Notes: a model not told the origin generated them from the letters alone. A stretch of 64,000 bases of DNA from Turneriella sp. (GCA_965279515.1 CBDIID010000003.1:1-64000); one strand, 5' to 3'. Positions 30,021 to 39,297 are shown, counted from the first letter of the stretch. A program made the numbers and translations.

Positions 30021-32608
30021 ATACTGGAAACAAGACTAACGTGTCTGCCCTGATGGTTTGGCGGCAAAATATAAATTTACTTTTATTTCGACTGGTTTTG
30101 ATTCTGTCAATTTTTGCCCCCACAGTTTGCAGCAAAGTACAAACGAATGGCGATGAAAATTCAGCCGACCAACGGCTTTTCGAGATGTATATGAACTATT
30201 CAGGCATAAAGCCCAATGGCCACAAAGCGCCGGAATTCGACGTGCGCCTGGCACAGCTTATTGATGCTGCGCGGAAAGAAGTTTACTGGGCTATGTACGG
30301 CTTTGCCCGAGCCTCCATCCGCGACTCAGTTCTGCGCGCTGTCACGCGCGGCCTGGATGTTCAACTCGCAGGCGATGCGGGTACGTATTCCTACGGCGAG
30401 AGCGGATATGTTCAGTTTGAAGACCTGCTACGCCGCTATCCGAATGCGAAACTCGTGGCCGGTAACTCGCAGTCGATTCAGCACAATAAATTTTGTGTCA
30501 TCGACCGGCGCTACGTCATGACAGGTACCGGAAATATTACCGACTCTGAAATCGATCGTAACTATAATGTTTGGGTGATTATCGAATCCAAAGAGATGGC
30601 TGAAGATTTCATAAATGATCACCAGCAAATGATGGCCGGGCGTTTCGGCCATGCAAAAGACCGGGTTGACTACAATAATGTATTCAATGTTGGGGGTGTG
30701 AAGGTAGAAACCTATTTCTCACCGCAGGAAGATGCCATGAGCAGATTCCTGCAGGCCGTAGCGGAAGCACAGACTTCTATAAACTTTGCAATCTTTGCTT
30801 TTACACACGACCAACTCGGCCGCCTTTTTATTCAAAAGCATAAACAATTTACGGCGCAAAATGCCGCTGACGGGGGCTCGCGTAAAGTGAGCGGGATAAT
30901 GGACCGTTCTCAATTAACGCATAACCAATATGTCGAAGTCTACCGGATTGGCACTTCCTGCGGCCATACCTATGGTTTTGAGGCTGGAGGAGGTGCCATA
31001 AACGGTGGTACAACCAATGCATTTACGGCTGCATGGAATACGCCCGCATCGTCGAATACGCGTTGTTATGCGCCTTTTGATCTGCGCATTGACGGCAATG
31101 AAAATAGTAATTATGTTGGGGATTGGCAGGCAGGCGGCGGTAGGCTACATGCAAAAACGATAGTCATTGATGCTGGTACTCCGAACGCGAAGCTTCTTCT
31201 CGGGTCTTTTAACTGGTCGCCTAACGCTAATAATAATAACGATGAGAACCTGATTGTAATCCACTCTCCGGCGATTGTTGAACGTTTCATGCAATTCTGG
31301 AAGCAGATTTATAACGACGGCATACCGATGAACAAACGTTATCCGACAAATCAGGAAATTGCGCAAGGGATTGTTACGTATCAACAGCGACCGGCCGGCG
31401 ATTATCAGAAAGTTGTGATTTCCGAGGTGAATTTTGCCGGGACATCGAGAAAGATCGGAAGTACGTATTATGCTTACGATGGAAACGAATTTATCGAATT
31501 ATACAATCCGAGCAATGAGAATCTGGATATTTCATTTTGGTCGTTCTACTTTCCTGTCATAGACAACTATACGGATCCAGGTATTTATACGAGTGGCTGG
31601 CCCGATAATGAATCGTTGGCGAAACGGGGTGTTGTCGGCCTACCTGGTGGTACGGTTATTCCGGCAAAGGGCTTTTTAGTCGTAACGCAATCGGATCAGC
31701 GAAATGATTTAACTGCGGATGGATATGAGTTTCCTGCTTCAGTTCTATTTGACCCGGCAAATAGCTCAACATTCAGTAATAAATTAACGTATTATAATCC
31801 AGTAAATGGATTGTCGGATTTTTTTACTTTATTCGACCGGCGGACCAGCAGTACGGGTAGAGCAACGCTGCCCGGGAACCCGTTAACATTTGGTTATGCG
31901 GCCTTTGACTCAGGGGGACGCTGTCGAGTTGCTTGGGGACCTGATGTTACACGGTTTAGCGGTTCTGGATATTTTAATCCCTATCACATGCATGCTGGGA
32001 CACAGTCTGGTTATCCACACTTGACTTCGCTTTGGGTCGAGTTGAGAGATAATCGCGGTAACCTAGTGGATATCGTCGGTGGAAATCGGACAGGTGCTGC
32101 CGTGACTGGTACGGGTACTTCCGCAGCCCCCACTCTGAGTGCCTCACCAGTAGCTACAGCCCACAATGAAACCCGGTATTTTAAAGGTGGCTTTCACATG
32201 CCTTCAGCAGGGCTTGTCGGTACAGGTTCAGACGGGACCACGGGAGCAGCAGATAGCACCGATACTACCCGTACGAGCGTAACTAATGCGACGAATCCAT
32301 GGACATTAGGGCCCTCGACTCCGAACCTTTCCACCGCAGCCTTTCCGGTTCGGACATCACCGACGACGGATAATAGCATAGAACTTATCTGTAACACCGC
32401 ATCTGCAGATACACCTTATATGGTATCGATGGAGCGCAATTCCAGTTTCGGTGATGGCACATCGGCTGCCAATTGGGAGCATTCAACTAAGAATATGACA
32501 ACCAGTGGTGGAAATGGAGGGCGCGGCAGATATATCAAAACTGATTACAGGGATCGAACGATTGCGACACCCGGTGAAATCAACTCGCGATGGAGCGCAT
32601 TACCATGA
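30017..32608 (+). CDS. PLD-superfamily (Nuc-like) protein with two HKD motifs plus a C-terminal lamin-tail domain
   Basis: QHNKFCVID...TGTGN and LHAKTIVID...GSFNWS..NDEN; VISEVNFAG, EFIELYNP, SMER, ATPGEIN. Confidence 0.85.
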   Translation: MNTGNKTNVSALMVWRQNINLLLFRLVLILSIFAPTVCSKVQTNGDENSADQRLFEMYMNYSGIKPNGHKAPEFDVRLAQLIDAARKEVYWAMYGFARASIRDSVLRAVTRGLDVQLAGDAGTYSYGESGYVQFEDLLRRYPNAKLVAGNSQSIQHNKFCVIDRRYVMTGTGNITDSEIDRNYNVWVIIESKEMAEDFINDHQQMMAGRFGHAKDRVDYNNVFNVGGVKVETYFSPQEDAMSRFLQAVAEAQTSINFAIFAFTHDQLGRLFIQKHKQFTAQNAADGGSRKVSGIMDRSQLTHNQYVEVYRIGTSCGHTYGFEAGGGAINGGTTNAFTAAWNTPASSNTRCYAPFDLRIDGNENSNYVGDWQAGGGRLHAKTIVIDAGTPNAKLLLGSFNWSPNANNNNDENLIVIHSPAIVERFMQFWKQIYNDGIPMNKRYPTNQEIAQGIVTYQQRPAGDYQKVVISEVNFAGTSRKIGSTYYAYDGNEFIELYNPSNENLDISFWSFYFPVIDNYTDPGIYTSGWPDNESLAKRGVVGLPGGTVIPAKGFLVVTQSDQRNDLTADGYEFPASVLFDPANSSTFSNKLTYYNPVNGLSDFFTLFDRRTSSTGRATLPGNPLTFGYAAFDSGGRCRVAWGPDVTRFSGSGYFNPYHMHAGTQSGYPHLTSLWVELRDNRGNLVDIVGGNRTGAAVTGTGTSAAPTLSASPVATAHNETRYFKGGFHMPSAGLVGTGSDGTTGAADSTDTTRTSVTNATNPWTLGPSTPNLSTAAFPVRTSPTTDNSIELICNTASADTPYMVSMERNSSFGDGTSAANWEHSTKNMTTSGGNGGRGRYIKTDYRDRTIATPGEINSRWSALP

Positions 32609-33672
32609 AGAAGAGAGATGTGATCCTGATTTTTTTAATACTTACTCATTGTACTTCAGGGACGGATCAAAATGTCCGGAATCAGGATATTTTTGATGAA
32701 GCGAAACAACTTGCTTTTCAGGATTTTACAGCAAGTCCTATCAACTTTGACGGAGGAATTCAAAGCTTATTGACGGCAATTGATGGGCAAGCGAATAATC
32801 GTGAAAATGCGTATGCGGCAACGATTGAGGGTGTTGTTACTCTACCCTCCCGATACGGCGTAGCAATTGGTGGTTTAACAACTGCAGAGACAGCTTTATT
32901 AATAGAAGGTTGTCGCAATGCCTGTAGCGATCCCGCACATACTACATCGGGAGCTTGTACGGGAGCATCGCAAGTATGGGGCCCGAATCAAATATTTGCC
33001 CGATCCTTTGTGCTACAAGATGCAAATGCCGCGATTTTGATTGTTTATGGTTTGGAGCCTCCGATTTCAGATGTTACACAAAACACCAGTATGAAGTACA
33101 TTCTCAACTCAAGAAAAGGGGATATGGCAGTGTTTGGAGATCGGATGCGTATTTCAGTAACACGAGTGCAAAAATATGGAACTGGAACGAATGTTCAACC
33201 TATCGTAACAGATTTTTCCTCACCTGTTCTGGTTTCAACTAGAAATCCAGTGCCGTACGCAATGAAAACTCTGGCTTTTACACGCGCCAGTGATTTATAT
33301 TTGACTCGCAGGATTGAAGGCTACATCATTGCTAAGCCTGAAAATTATGAATGTCTTAATGGGACTGACAGGGAGTTTCAGTTTAATTATCAAAAGGGAT
33401 ATATCGGGACTTTGTGTGCAGGTGCTTCAAGCTATGCAGATGCGAATGCTAGCTGTACGGGAAGCAAGGTTCCATACAAGATTCAGTTGAGTAATAATCT
33501 TGGTGCTGGCACCTTATCGGGCTTTGATACCGGAAATTCTTTTAGTTATAATTTTGCCTTGGGGGCTAAGGTTCGCTTAACGGGCAGTGTGTTTGTGCCT
33601 CAGTTTAATCAAGCAGAGTCCACACTAAGTTTGATGCTGGATCAAAAATTTCAAGCGGAGAGCCTTCGCTAG
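32605..33672 (+). CDS. Lipoprotein with putative OB-fold domain(s)
   Basis: MKKRDVILIFLILTH-C; TIEGVVT...SFVLQD...ILIVY...GDRMRISVTRV resembles the YhcR/ExeM-type OB fold. Confidence 0.6.
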   Translation: MKKRDVILIFLILTHCTSGTDQNVRNQDIFDEAKQLAFQDFTASPINFDGGIQSLLTAIDGQANNRENAYAATIEGVVTLPSRYGVAIGGLTTAETALLIEGCRNACSDPAHTTSGACTGASQVWGPNQIFARSFVLQDANAAILIVYGLEPPISDVTQNTSMKYILNSRKGDMAVFGDRMRISVTRVQKYGTGTNVQPIVTDFSSPVLVSTRNPVPYAMKTLAFTRASDLYLTRRIEGYIIAKPENYECLNGTDREFQFNYQKGYIGTLCAGASSYADANASCTGSKVPYKIQLSNNLGAGTLSGFDTGNSFSYNFALGAKVRLTGSVFVPQFNQAESTLSLMLDQKFQAESLR

Positions 33673-33673
33673 T

Positions 33674-34807
33674 ATGAAAGGCTTCATTGCATTTCTATGC
33701 TTGCTCACCACATTCATGGGCTGCGCCAAAATTGCGGAGAGTGAATCCGCTGCAATTAAAAGGTCTTTTACTGATGACGGATGCAAAATCATCAGCGCGG
33801 CAGAGGGCAAAGGTTACTATGTGGGCATCGATAACTGTCTGACGGACAATGCGCTCAAAGCTGCATTGCAGGCGAGAATAAAGAATCACAAAGTTATGCG
33901 TTATACAGAAAATAGCACCGCCTTCACAGGATACGAATTTATTACAAAAGCCTTTGTTACACTCGGCAATGTAGTCTACGATATGCCTACCCGCTTTGAT
34001 GTGTGGGACGCCTATGTTCTTTTCGCAGCCAAGGGTGCAAATCCCTATAAATCGGGCGCAAACTGCGCTGTGGATAGAATTTTGGATTGGTATGATTATC
34101 AATGCTATCAGGTCCCGACAGAAATTATGAGTGCTAGTACCGGAGGCCAGCAAAATCCCGGAAGTGCGGATGCTTTGGCGGCGCCGGTTGCAAATTTCGG
34201 TGTCATTGGTCTGTACGACAGGGCGCATGGCTGGCCGGCAAGTTGGTTTCGGAACGCAACCCAGGATAATAATCCGTCGGGGGGCAGTTATTGTTATGAT
34301 GGCAATAATGATAGTTCTTATGATGTTTATGCAGACTACCGTGCGGTGACAGATTTGCATCACCTTGTGCCGGGCCGGCGCTCGCTTAACGGTGCGCTGT
34401 CAAATTTTGCCCCTGGAATTGTCGCGGCGCCAGATGCGAACTTTCCACGCACAAATGGCATGACTTTTGGTACCCCAAATGCCGGGGCGATGACGGGTTT
34501 TCCTGGTGCTACAGGCGTGACAGCCAAGGTGTGGACGCCAGCACCCGAGTTGCGCGGAGATTTCGCCCGTAATTATTTCTATATGGCGACACGTTATTAC
34601 ACAGAAGATTCTTGCTGGCAGACGAATAACGCCGTTACCAAGGCTAACATAAATACGTGGCTTGAAAATGTACTGCGACAATGGCACAGTGATGATCCAG
34701 TGAGTGCAGAAGAGATAACAAGAAATGATTGGGTTCAGCGAATACAGGGAAACAGGAATCCATTTGTTGATCATCCCGAGTGGGTGGCGAAGATTAGCGA
34801 TTTTTAG
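33674..34807 (+). CDS. Endonuclease I family (His-Me finger) extracellular nuclease lipoprotein
   Basis: FMG-C lipobox; HGWPASW, DLHHL, RGDFARNYFYMATRY, WHSDDPVS..E..RN, QGNRNPFVDHPEW. Confidence 0.9.
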   Translation: MKGFIAFLCLLTTFMGCAKIAESESAAIKRSFTDDGCKIISAAEGKGYYVGIDNCLTDNALKAALQARIKNHKVMRYTENSTAFTGYEFITKAFVTLGNVVYDMPTRFDVWDAYVLFAAKGANPYKSGANCAVDRILDWYDYQCYQVPTEIMSASTGGQQNPGSADALAAPVANFGVIGLYDRAHGWPASWFRNATQDNNPSGGSYCYDGNNDSSYDVYADYRAVTDLHHLVPGRRSLNGALSNFAPGIVAAPDANFPRTNGMTFGTPNAGAMTGFPGATGVTAKVWTPAPELRGDFARNYFYMATRYYTEDSCWQTNNAVTKANINTWLENVLRQWHSDDPVSAEEITRNDWVQRIQGNRNPFVDHPEWVAKISDF

Positions 34808-34850
34808 GTTACTGGCCTTGCGGTGCGGCGTACAATGAATAGAGCTGTAC

Positions 34851-34879
34851 ATATTAGGCGGGAGTTAACATTTCGTCAA
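34851..34879 (-). promoter_or_regulatory. Sigma70-type promoter facing antisense into the endonuclease I gene
   Basis: Minus strand TTGACG-N17-TAATAT. Confidence 0.5.
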
Positions 34880-35000
34880 GCGGCGAAGCGTTGAACGCAT
34901 TAGGTTGTATGGGCAAAGAAAGTAAACATGCTGTGCATTATTGGCACTTTTGTTGCTCTGCAACATATTTACTATGTGGGGAAGTGTTGTTGGAGGCTTT

Positions 35001-38000
35001 ATGAGATCAGAAAAGAAGACTATACTATGTTTGGGGGTTCTTCTCTTAACTTTGCTCATGGCCTGCGGCGGCAGAGAATTAGGCAATACTTCCTCAGAGA
35101 GTGGCATTACTGGCTCAGGTGATGCAGCCACTCCCCCTAAAGTAACTGCCATTACCCCTTCCGATTTGAGCACGGGAATCAACAGGGACGCGGTTATTCA
35201 GATTACGTTTAGCGTAGCAGTAAATAGCGCTACGGTTACCATGACCTCAAATACGACATGTACGGGCTCAATCCAAGTCTCAACTGATGCTAACTTTGGG
35301 GCTGGCACTTGTTTGGCCATGAATCAGACCGTTACGCAGTCCGGCACCGTAGTAACTGTTCGTACCGCAAGCCTAATGACCGCAAGCATACCACATTATA
35401 TTCGCATTACGACTGCTGTTGCGGGCGGAACAGGCCTTACGATGCAAACGCAGTTCAACTCAAATTTTACCACGGGTACAGCCTTAACTCCGCTCAACAA
35501 TGAGTTCGGCACCGATTGCAGTGGGGGGGCGGGCACGGTTGCGGCTTTCAAAACTGCAGCAACAGGCACAGAAGGGGCGGTGGGACCTCTTGCCATCAGC
35601 GGCTTAGTTGTCACTGGTATTGATCGCTTTGGTAGTTTTTACTTACAGAAAGGAAGTGAGGGAATTTACGTCGACGTGAATACTACGGCCGGTGCGTGTG
35701 GCACTACTTGTCTTGGCAATAAGGCTTCATACTATAACTTGCAAGTCGGCGACGAAATTTGTTTGAATATTACACGTGCCGTAGAGACAAATACTGTTGA
35801 TACGGTGAAAGATTACGACGCGATAAAGAAAACTGGTATCGGCACAGTATCTCCGCTGGTTCTGACCGATGTCTTTACAGCCGCAACCATAAGTCGCTGG
35901 GTGCGTGTCAGCGGATTTCTGACAACCAAGACAGCTGGCGGCAACGTTAACCATACCCTGACTTTTGCGGACGGCAAATCTCTGGTCATTCGGGATAACA
36001 CGAGCAATAAATTTAGCAGCATAAATCAGAACGACTATATCGAAGTAACGACTGTTGCGAGTTGGTTTGGCGGGAGTCCGCAGTTAATGATGGATACCGG
36101 AGTTGGGACGGCGAGTACAGGCACATCGCCACCAGCATATTCCGTGGCAGGAACTGTAAGTGGCTGGAGTGCAGGGGAGAACTTCACTTTGACCTTAAAT
36201 GGCGGAAATGCTACTAGCGTTAGCGCAAATGGTGGTTATACGTTTACTGGGAGCCCAACCGTAAGCGGACAATACACAGTAGCCATTTCCGTCCAACCCA
36301 CAAACAATGTGTGTGTGGTGAGTAATCCGACGGGTTATGCAACCGCAAATATTTCTAATGTGAATGTTACCTGCACTCCCAAACCCATGTATAATTTTCT
36401 TACTTGGGCTGATACTGAGGCGGCGAGTACTTATCCCCAGGCTGCACAGTTTTTTACAACGGCTACCTTGGATGGTGGAAATGCGCTGGATACAACGGCC
36501 GGATCATATTCTACGCTTTATACGGGGGTATACAATGGTACATCCAGTTCGCGTATGCTTGGACTCGGGAGTGGAGGTTTGAAATTCCTGAATACTGGTT
36601 CTGGCGGAACGTACATGGGAGCAATGGTACTAACATTGGATACTATCGGAAAAACTTCGCTGCGGATGAACTGGACGGCGACTACTGTAACAGTCCTGGC
36701 TCGACCGTATCGAATTGCTATTCAGACCCGAACAAGCCCTTCAAGCGCCTGGACCAATAACGGTAGTTTCTACGGGGCAAATGCAGCGGCCGGACATTCA
36801 CAGACTTTTTCAGCAGTGGACATCAGCGCCATAGATAACCAAATACAAGGCCAGATTCGGTTTGTATATTATCAGGAAGGAGCGGGTAGTGGAAACCGGC
36901 CTGAACTGTCGCTGGATGATATTGCAATTTATACTACTGGAAACGCACGGGCGTGGTTAACGGCTTTTTCTCCCGGAGTAACCGCAACGGGTATCTCTGT
37001 GACACCGACGGTGAGTGTGACCTTTAATGAAGCTATGAATCCCGCTACCGTAACGACGGGTAATCTTTACATAGTTGCGGGTACAAACTGCAGCAACACC
37101 GCAATTACTGCGGCGATCACCGCATCGAACGGCAATCAGACTTTCAGTTTTTCACCAACGGGGCTGGCTAGTTCAACTCAATACACGACGTGCGTGAAGG
37201 CGGCTATCGCCGATGCAGGTGGTGAGACCATTGGTACGGATAGAAACATCAGCTGGACGACAGTTGTCGTCGATGTGACGGCACCGACGATCAGCAGTAC
37301 TACGCCGGCGAATGCGGCTACCAGCATTGCCTTGAATTCTACCGTTGCCGTTACATTCAGCGAAGCCATGAGTACGGGAACCGTGACGGCCCAAACCAGC
37401 GCAGGGGCTTGTACAGGTAGCGTTCAGGTCTCGACGCAGGCCAGTAATTTTGCAAGCTGCATTGCGATGACCGCCGCGGCACCGACTTTCAGTGGTGGCA
37501 ATACCATAGCCACGTTTACACCCGCATCTAATCTCACTGCCTCCACAACCTATCTGATACGGGTTACGACGGCGGTTCAGGATGCGGCAAATAATGCCCT
37601 GGCCGCCCAGTTTACAACAGCAACCGGATTTACCACGGTTGCGGCGGATGTAACACCACCGACGATTAGTAGCACGACCCCAGCGAACGCCGCGACGGGC
37701 GTTGCGACAAGCTCGACTGTTGCGGTAACTTTCAGCGAGGCTATGAATACTGGAACGGTGACCGTACAAACAAGCGCGGGTGCATGTTCTGGTAGTATTC
37801 AAGTCTCCCTGGATAACTTCACGAATTGTATTGCCATGGCGGCGGCAGCACCGACCTTCAGTGGCGGCAACACTATTGCTACAGTAACCCCGGCATCAGC
37901 ACTCACCGCTTCGACGACGTACAAGATACGCGTGACCACTGCGGTTCAGGATGCGTCGAATAATGCTCTGGCGGCTCAGTTTGAGACTGCGACGGGGTTT

Positions 38001-38684
38001 ACAACAGGAGCAGGTGCGCCGACGTATATTATACAAGAGTCATTTAACTACGGAGCGACGACACAGGCGCTGACCGCAGCCACGGCGAATTGGACTGCTC
38101 ATAGTGCTGCTGGAACGAATTCGCTTCAGTATGTCCAATCGCCGCTATCGATGACTGGATATTGTTCTGGTGGCGGCATTGGCGGTGTAAACTTCACAAC
38201 GTCGGGTGAAGATATAAATAGAACATATACCTCTCAAACTTCAGGCACTATGTACTATGCTGCATTAGTTAATCTCTCAGCGATCGGAAATACGACCGGA
38301 GACTATTTCCTCAGCATAGGCACTGGAACAACGAATCTCTACGGTAGGGTTTATGCCCGGAATAATGGTTCGGGGCAGGTCAACTTTGGTATCGCTCGAA
38401 TAAACGAAGCTGCTGTCTATGCAGCGGGCACGTATGCTTTGAATACAACCTACTTGATCGTCGTGAAATCCGATGCTTTTGGAACCACAGGTCAGGCGAA
38501 CCTATTTGTCTTAAGCGCTTCGGCAGGTAGTGAACCAGCAGCAAATGCGACAAGTACTGGAAATACAACTAACATCGCAAACTATTCAGCGGTTTTTCTG
38601 AGACAAGGAGCTACCGCCCAAATGCCAACAGGGAAGGTTGGATGTATAACTGTAGGTAAAAGTTGGGCCAGCCTATTCGAGTAA
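35001..38684 (+). CDS. Large surface lipoprotein with about four Big_5 (Ig-like) domains and putative OB folds
   Basis: GGAGG SD, LMA-C lipobox; repeated P-x-V/I...TFSEAM...T-Y-x-I-x-VT units; VVTG...FYLQ..SEGIYV...VGDEI. Confidence 0.85.
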   Translation: MRSEKKTILCLGVLLLTLLMACGGRELGNTSSESGITGSGDAATPPKVTAITPSDLSTGINRDAVIQITFSVAVNSATVTMTSNTTCTGSIQVSTDANFGAGTCLAMNQTVTQSGTVVTVRTASLMTASIPHYIRITTAVAGGTGLTMQTQFNSNFTTGTALTPLNNEFGTDCSGGAGTVAAFKTAATGTEGAVGPLAISGLVVTGIDRFGSFYLQKGSEGIYVDVNTTAGACGTTCLGNKASYYNLQVGDEICLNITRAVETNTVDTVKDYDAIKKTGIGTVSPLVLTDVFTAATISRWVRVSGFLTTKTAGGNVNHTLTFADGKSLVIRDNTSNKFSSINQNDYIEVTTVASWFGGSPQLMMDTGVGTASTGTSPPAYSVAGTVSGWSAGENFTLTLNGGNATSVSANGGYTFTGSPTVSGQYTVAISVQPTNNVCVVSNPTGYATANISNVNVTCTPKPMYNFLTWADTEAASTYPQAAQFFTTATLDGGNALDTTAGSYSTLYTGVYNGTSSSRMLGLGSGGLKFLNTGSGGTYMGAMVLTLDTIGKTSLRMNWTATTVTVLARPYRIAIQTRTSPSSAWTNNGSFYGANAAAGHSQTFSAVDISAIDNQIQGQIRFVYYQEGAGSGNRPELSLDDIAIYTTGNARAWLTAFSPGVTATGISVTPTVSVTFNEAMNPATVTTGNLYIVAGTNCSNTAITAAITASNGNQTFSFSPTGLASSTQYTTCVKAAIADAGGETIGTDRNISWTTVVVDVTAPTISSTTPANAATSIALNSTVAVTFSEAMSTGTVTAQTSAGACTGSVQVSTQASNFASCIAMTAAAPTFSGGNTIATFTPASNLTASTTYLIRVTTAVQDAANNALAAQFTTATGFTTVAADVTPPTISSTTPANAATGVATSSTVAVTFSEAMNTGTVTVQTSAGACSGSIQVSLDNFTNCIAMAAAAPTFSGGNTIATVTPASALTASTTYKIRVTTAVQDASNNALAAQFETATGFTTGAGAPTYIIQESFNYGATTQALTAATANWTAHSAAGTNSLQYVQSPLSMTGYCSGGGIGGVNFTTSGEDINRTYTSQTSGTMYYAALVNLSAIGNTTGDYFLSIGTGTTNLYGRVYARNNGSGQVNFGIARINEAAVYAAGTYALNTTYLIVVKSDAFGTTGQANLFVLSASAGSEPAANATSTGNTTNIANYSAVFLRQGATAQMPTGKVGCITVGKSWASLFE
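37272..38006 (+). repeat. Tandem duplication of a Big_5 domain (~375 and ~360 bp)
   Basis: DVTAPTISSTTPANAAT...ATGFTT vs DVTPPTISSTTPANAAT...ATGFTT. Confidence 0.9.
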
Positions 38685-38853
38685 TATGCCATCGATTTTG
38701 CGCGTGCATGTAGTGTGTCCTCGCAGGCAATGCCTCCGCCAGCCCCTCTTCACGCAGTGGAGAGGGCAGCCAAAGCACATTCTTTAAAATTCAGAACCGG
38801 CCATCTTTCTTCCCCTATCTCTACTCGGGCGATGGGGTAAGAAACCAAAAACA

Positions 38854-38882
38854 TTGACGGTGCCGCCGGGGCGGTATAACTT
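38854..38882 (+). promoter_or_regulatory. Sigma70-type promoter, likely leaderless
   Basis: TTGACG-N17-TAACTT; ATG at 38889. Confidence 0.6.
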
Positions 38883-38888
38883 GGGCCT

Positions 38889-39143
38889 ATGAACGATCTG
38901 GTGATATTGGGGATTGTGCTCGGCGGCATTGTGCTCATGCTCTTTCTCATTTCGGAACGGCAGGCGGGAAAACGCGCCGTGGAATTAAAAATGTTCCAGA
39001 TGGAAAACACCCGCATGATTCAACAAATGGAAAAAGAATCACGGCTTAGGCATGAAGAAAATATGACTTATTTCAATGGGGTTATGCAGTCCATATCTCG
39101 CGTTATCCTTAAGCAAGAAGAGGGTGAGGGCGGGGTTAAGTAA
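38889..39143 (+). CDS. Small single-TM protein with helical tail (84 aa)
   Basis: LVILGIVLGGIVLMLFLI TM; promoter directly upstream. Confidence 0.65.
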   Translation: MNDLVILGIVLGGIVLMLFLISERQAGKRAVELKMFQMENTRMIQQMEKESRLRHEENMTYFNGVMQSISRVILKQEEGEGGVK

Positions 39144-39262
39144 CGTTTTTTGACGAGACCCGTACCGTACTCAAAGTGCGTCGCGCAGCCGTCTCTCGCT
39201 GACCTGGCTTAGGTTGGTTGTCAGTGACGGGTCGGTGCTGGTACTCGCTGGTACTCGATTTC

Positions 39263-39291
39263 TTGACGCCGCTAACTGATCTTGTTACATT
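39263..39291 (+). promoter_or_regulatory. Sigma70-type promoter with extended -10, likely leaderless
   Basis: TTGACG-N17-TACATT preceded by TG; ATG at 39298. Confidence 0.6.
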
Positions 39292-39297
39292 GCCCGC

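Noticed and set aside
25823..38684. Anti-phage defence system or prophage
   Set aside because: All products carry export or lipoprotein signals; no helicase, methylase, ATPase or phage structural genes
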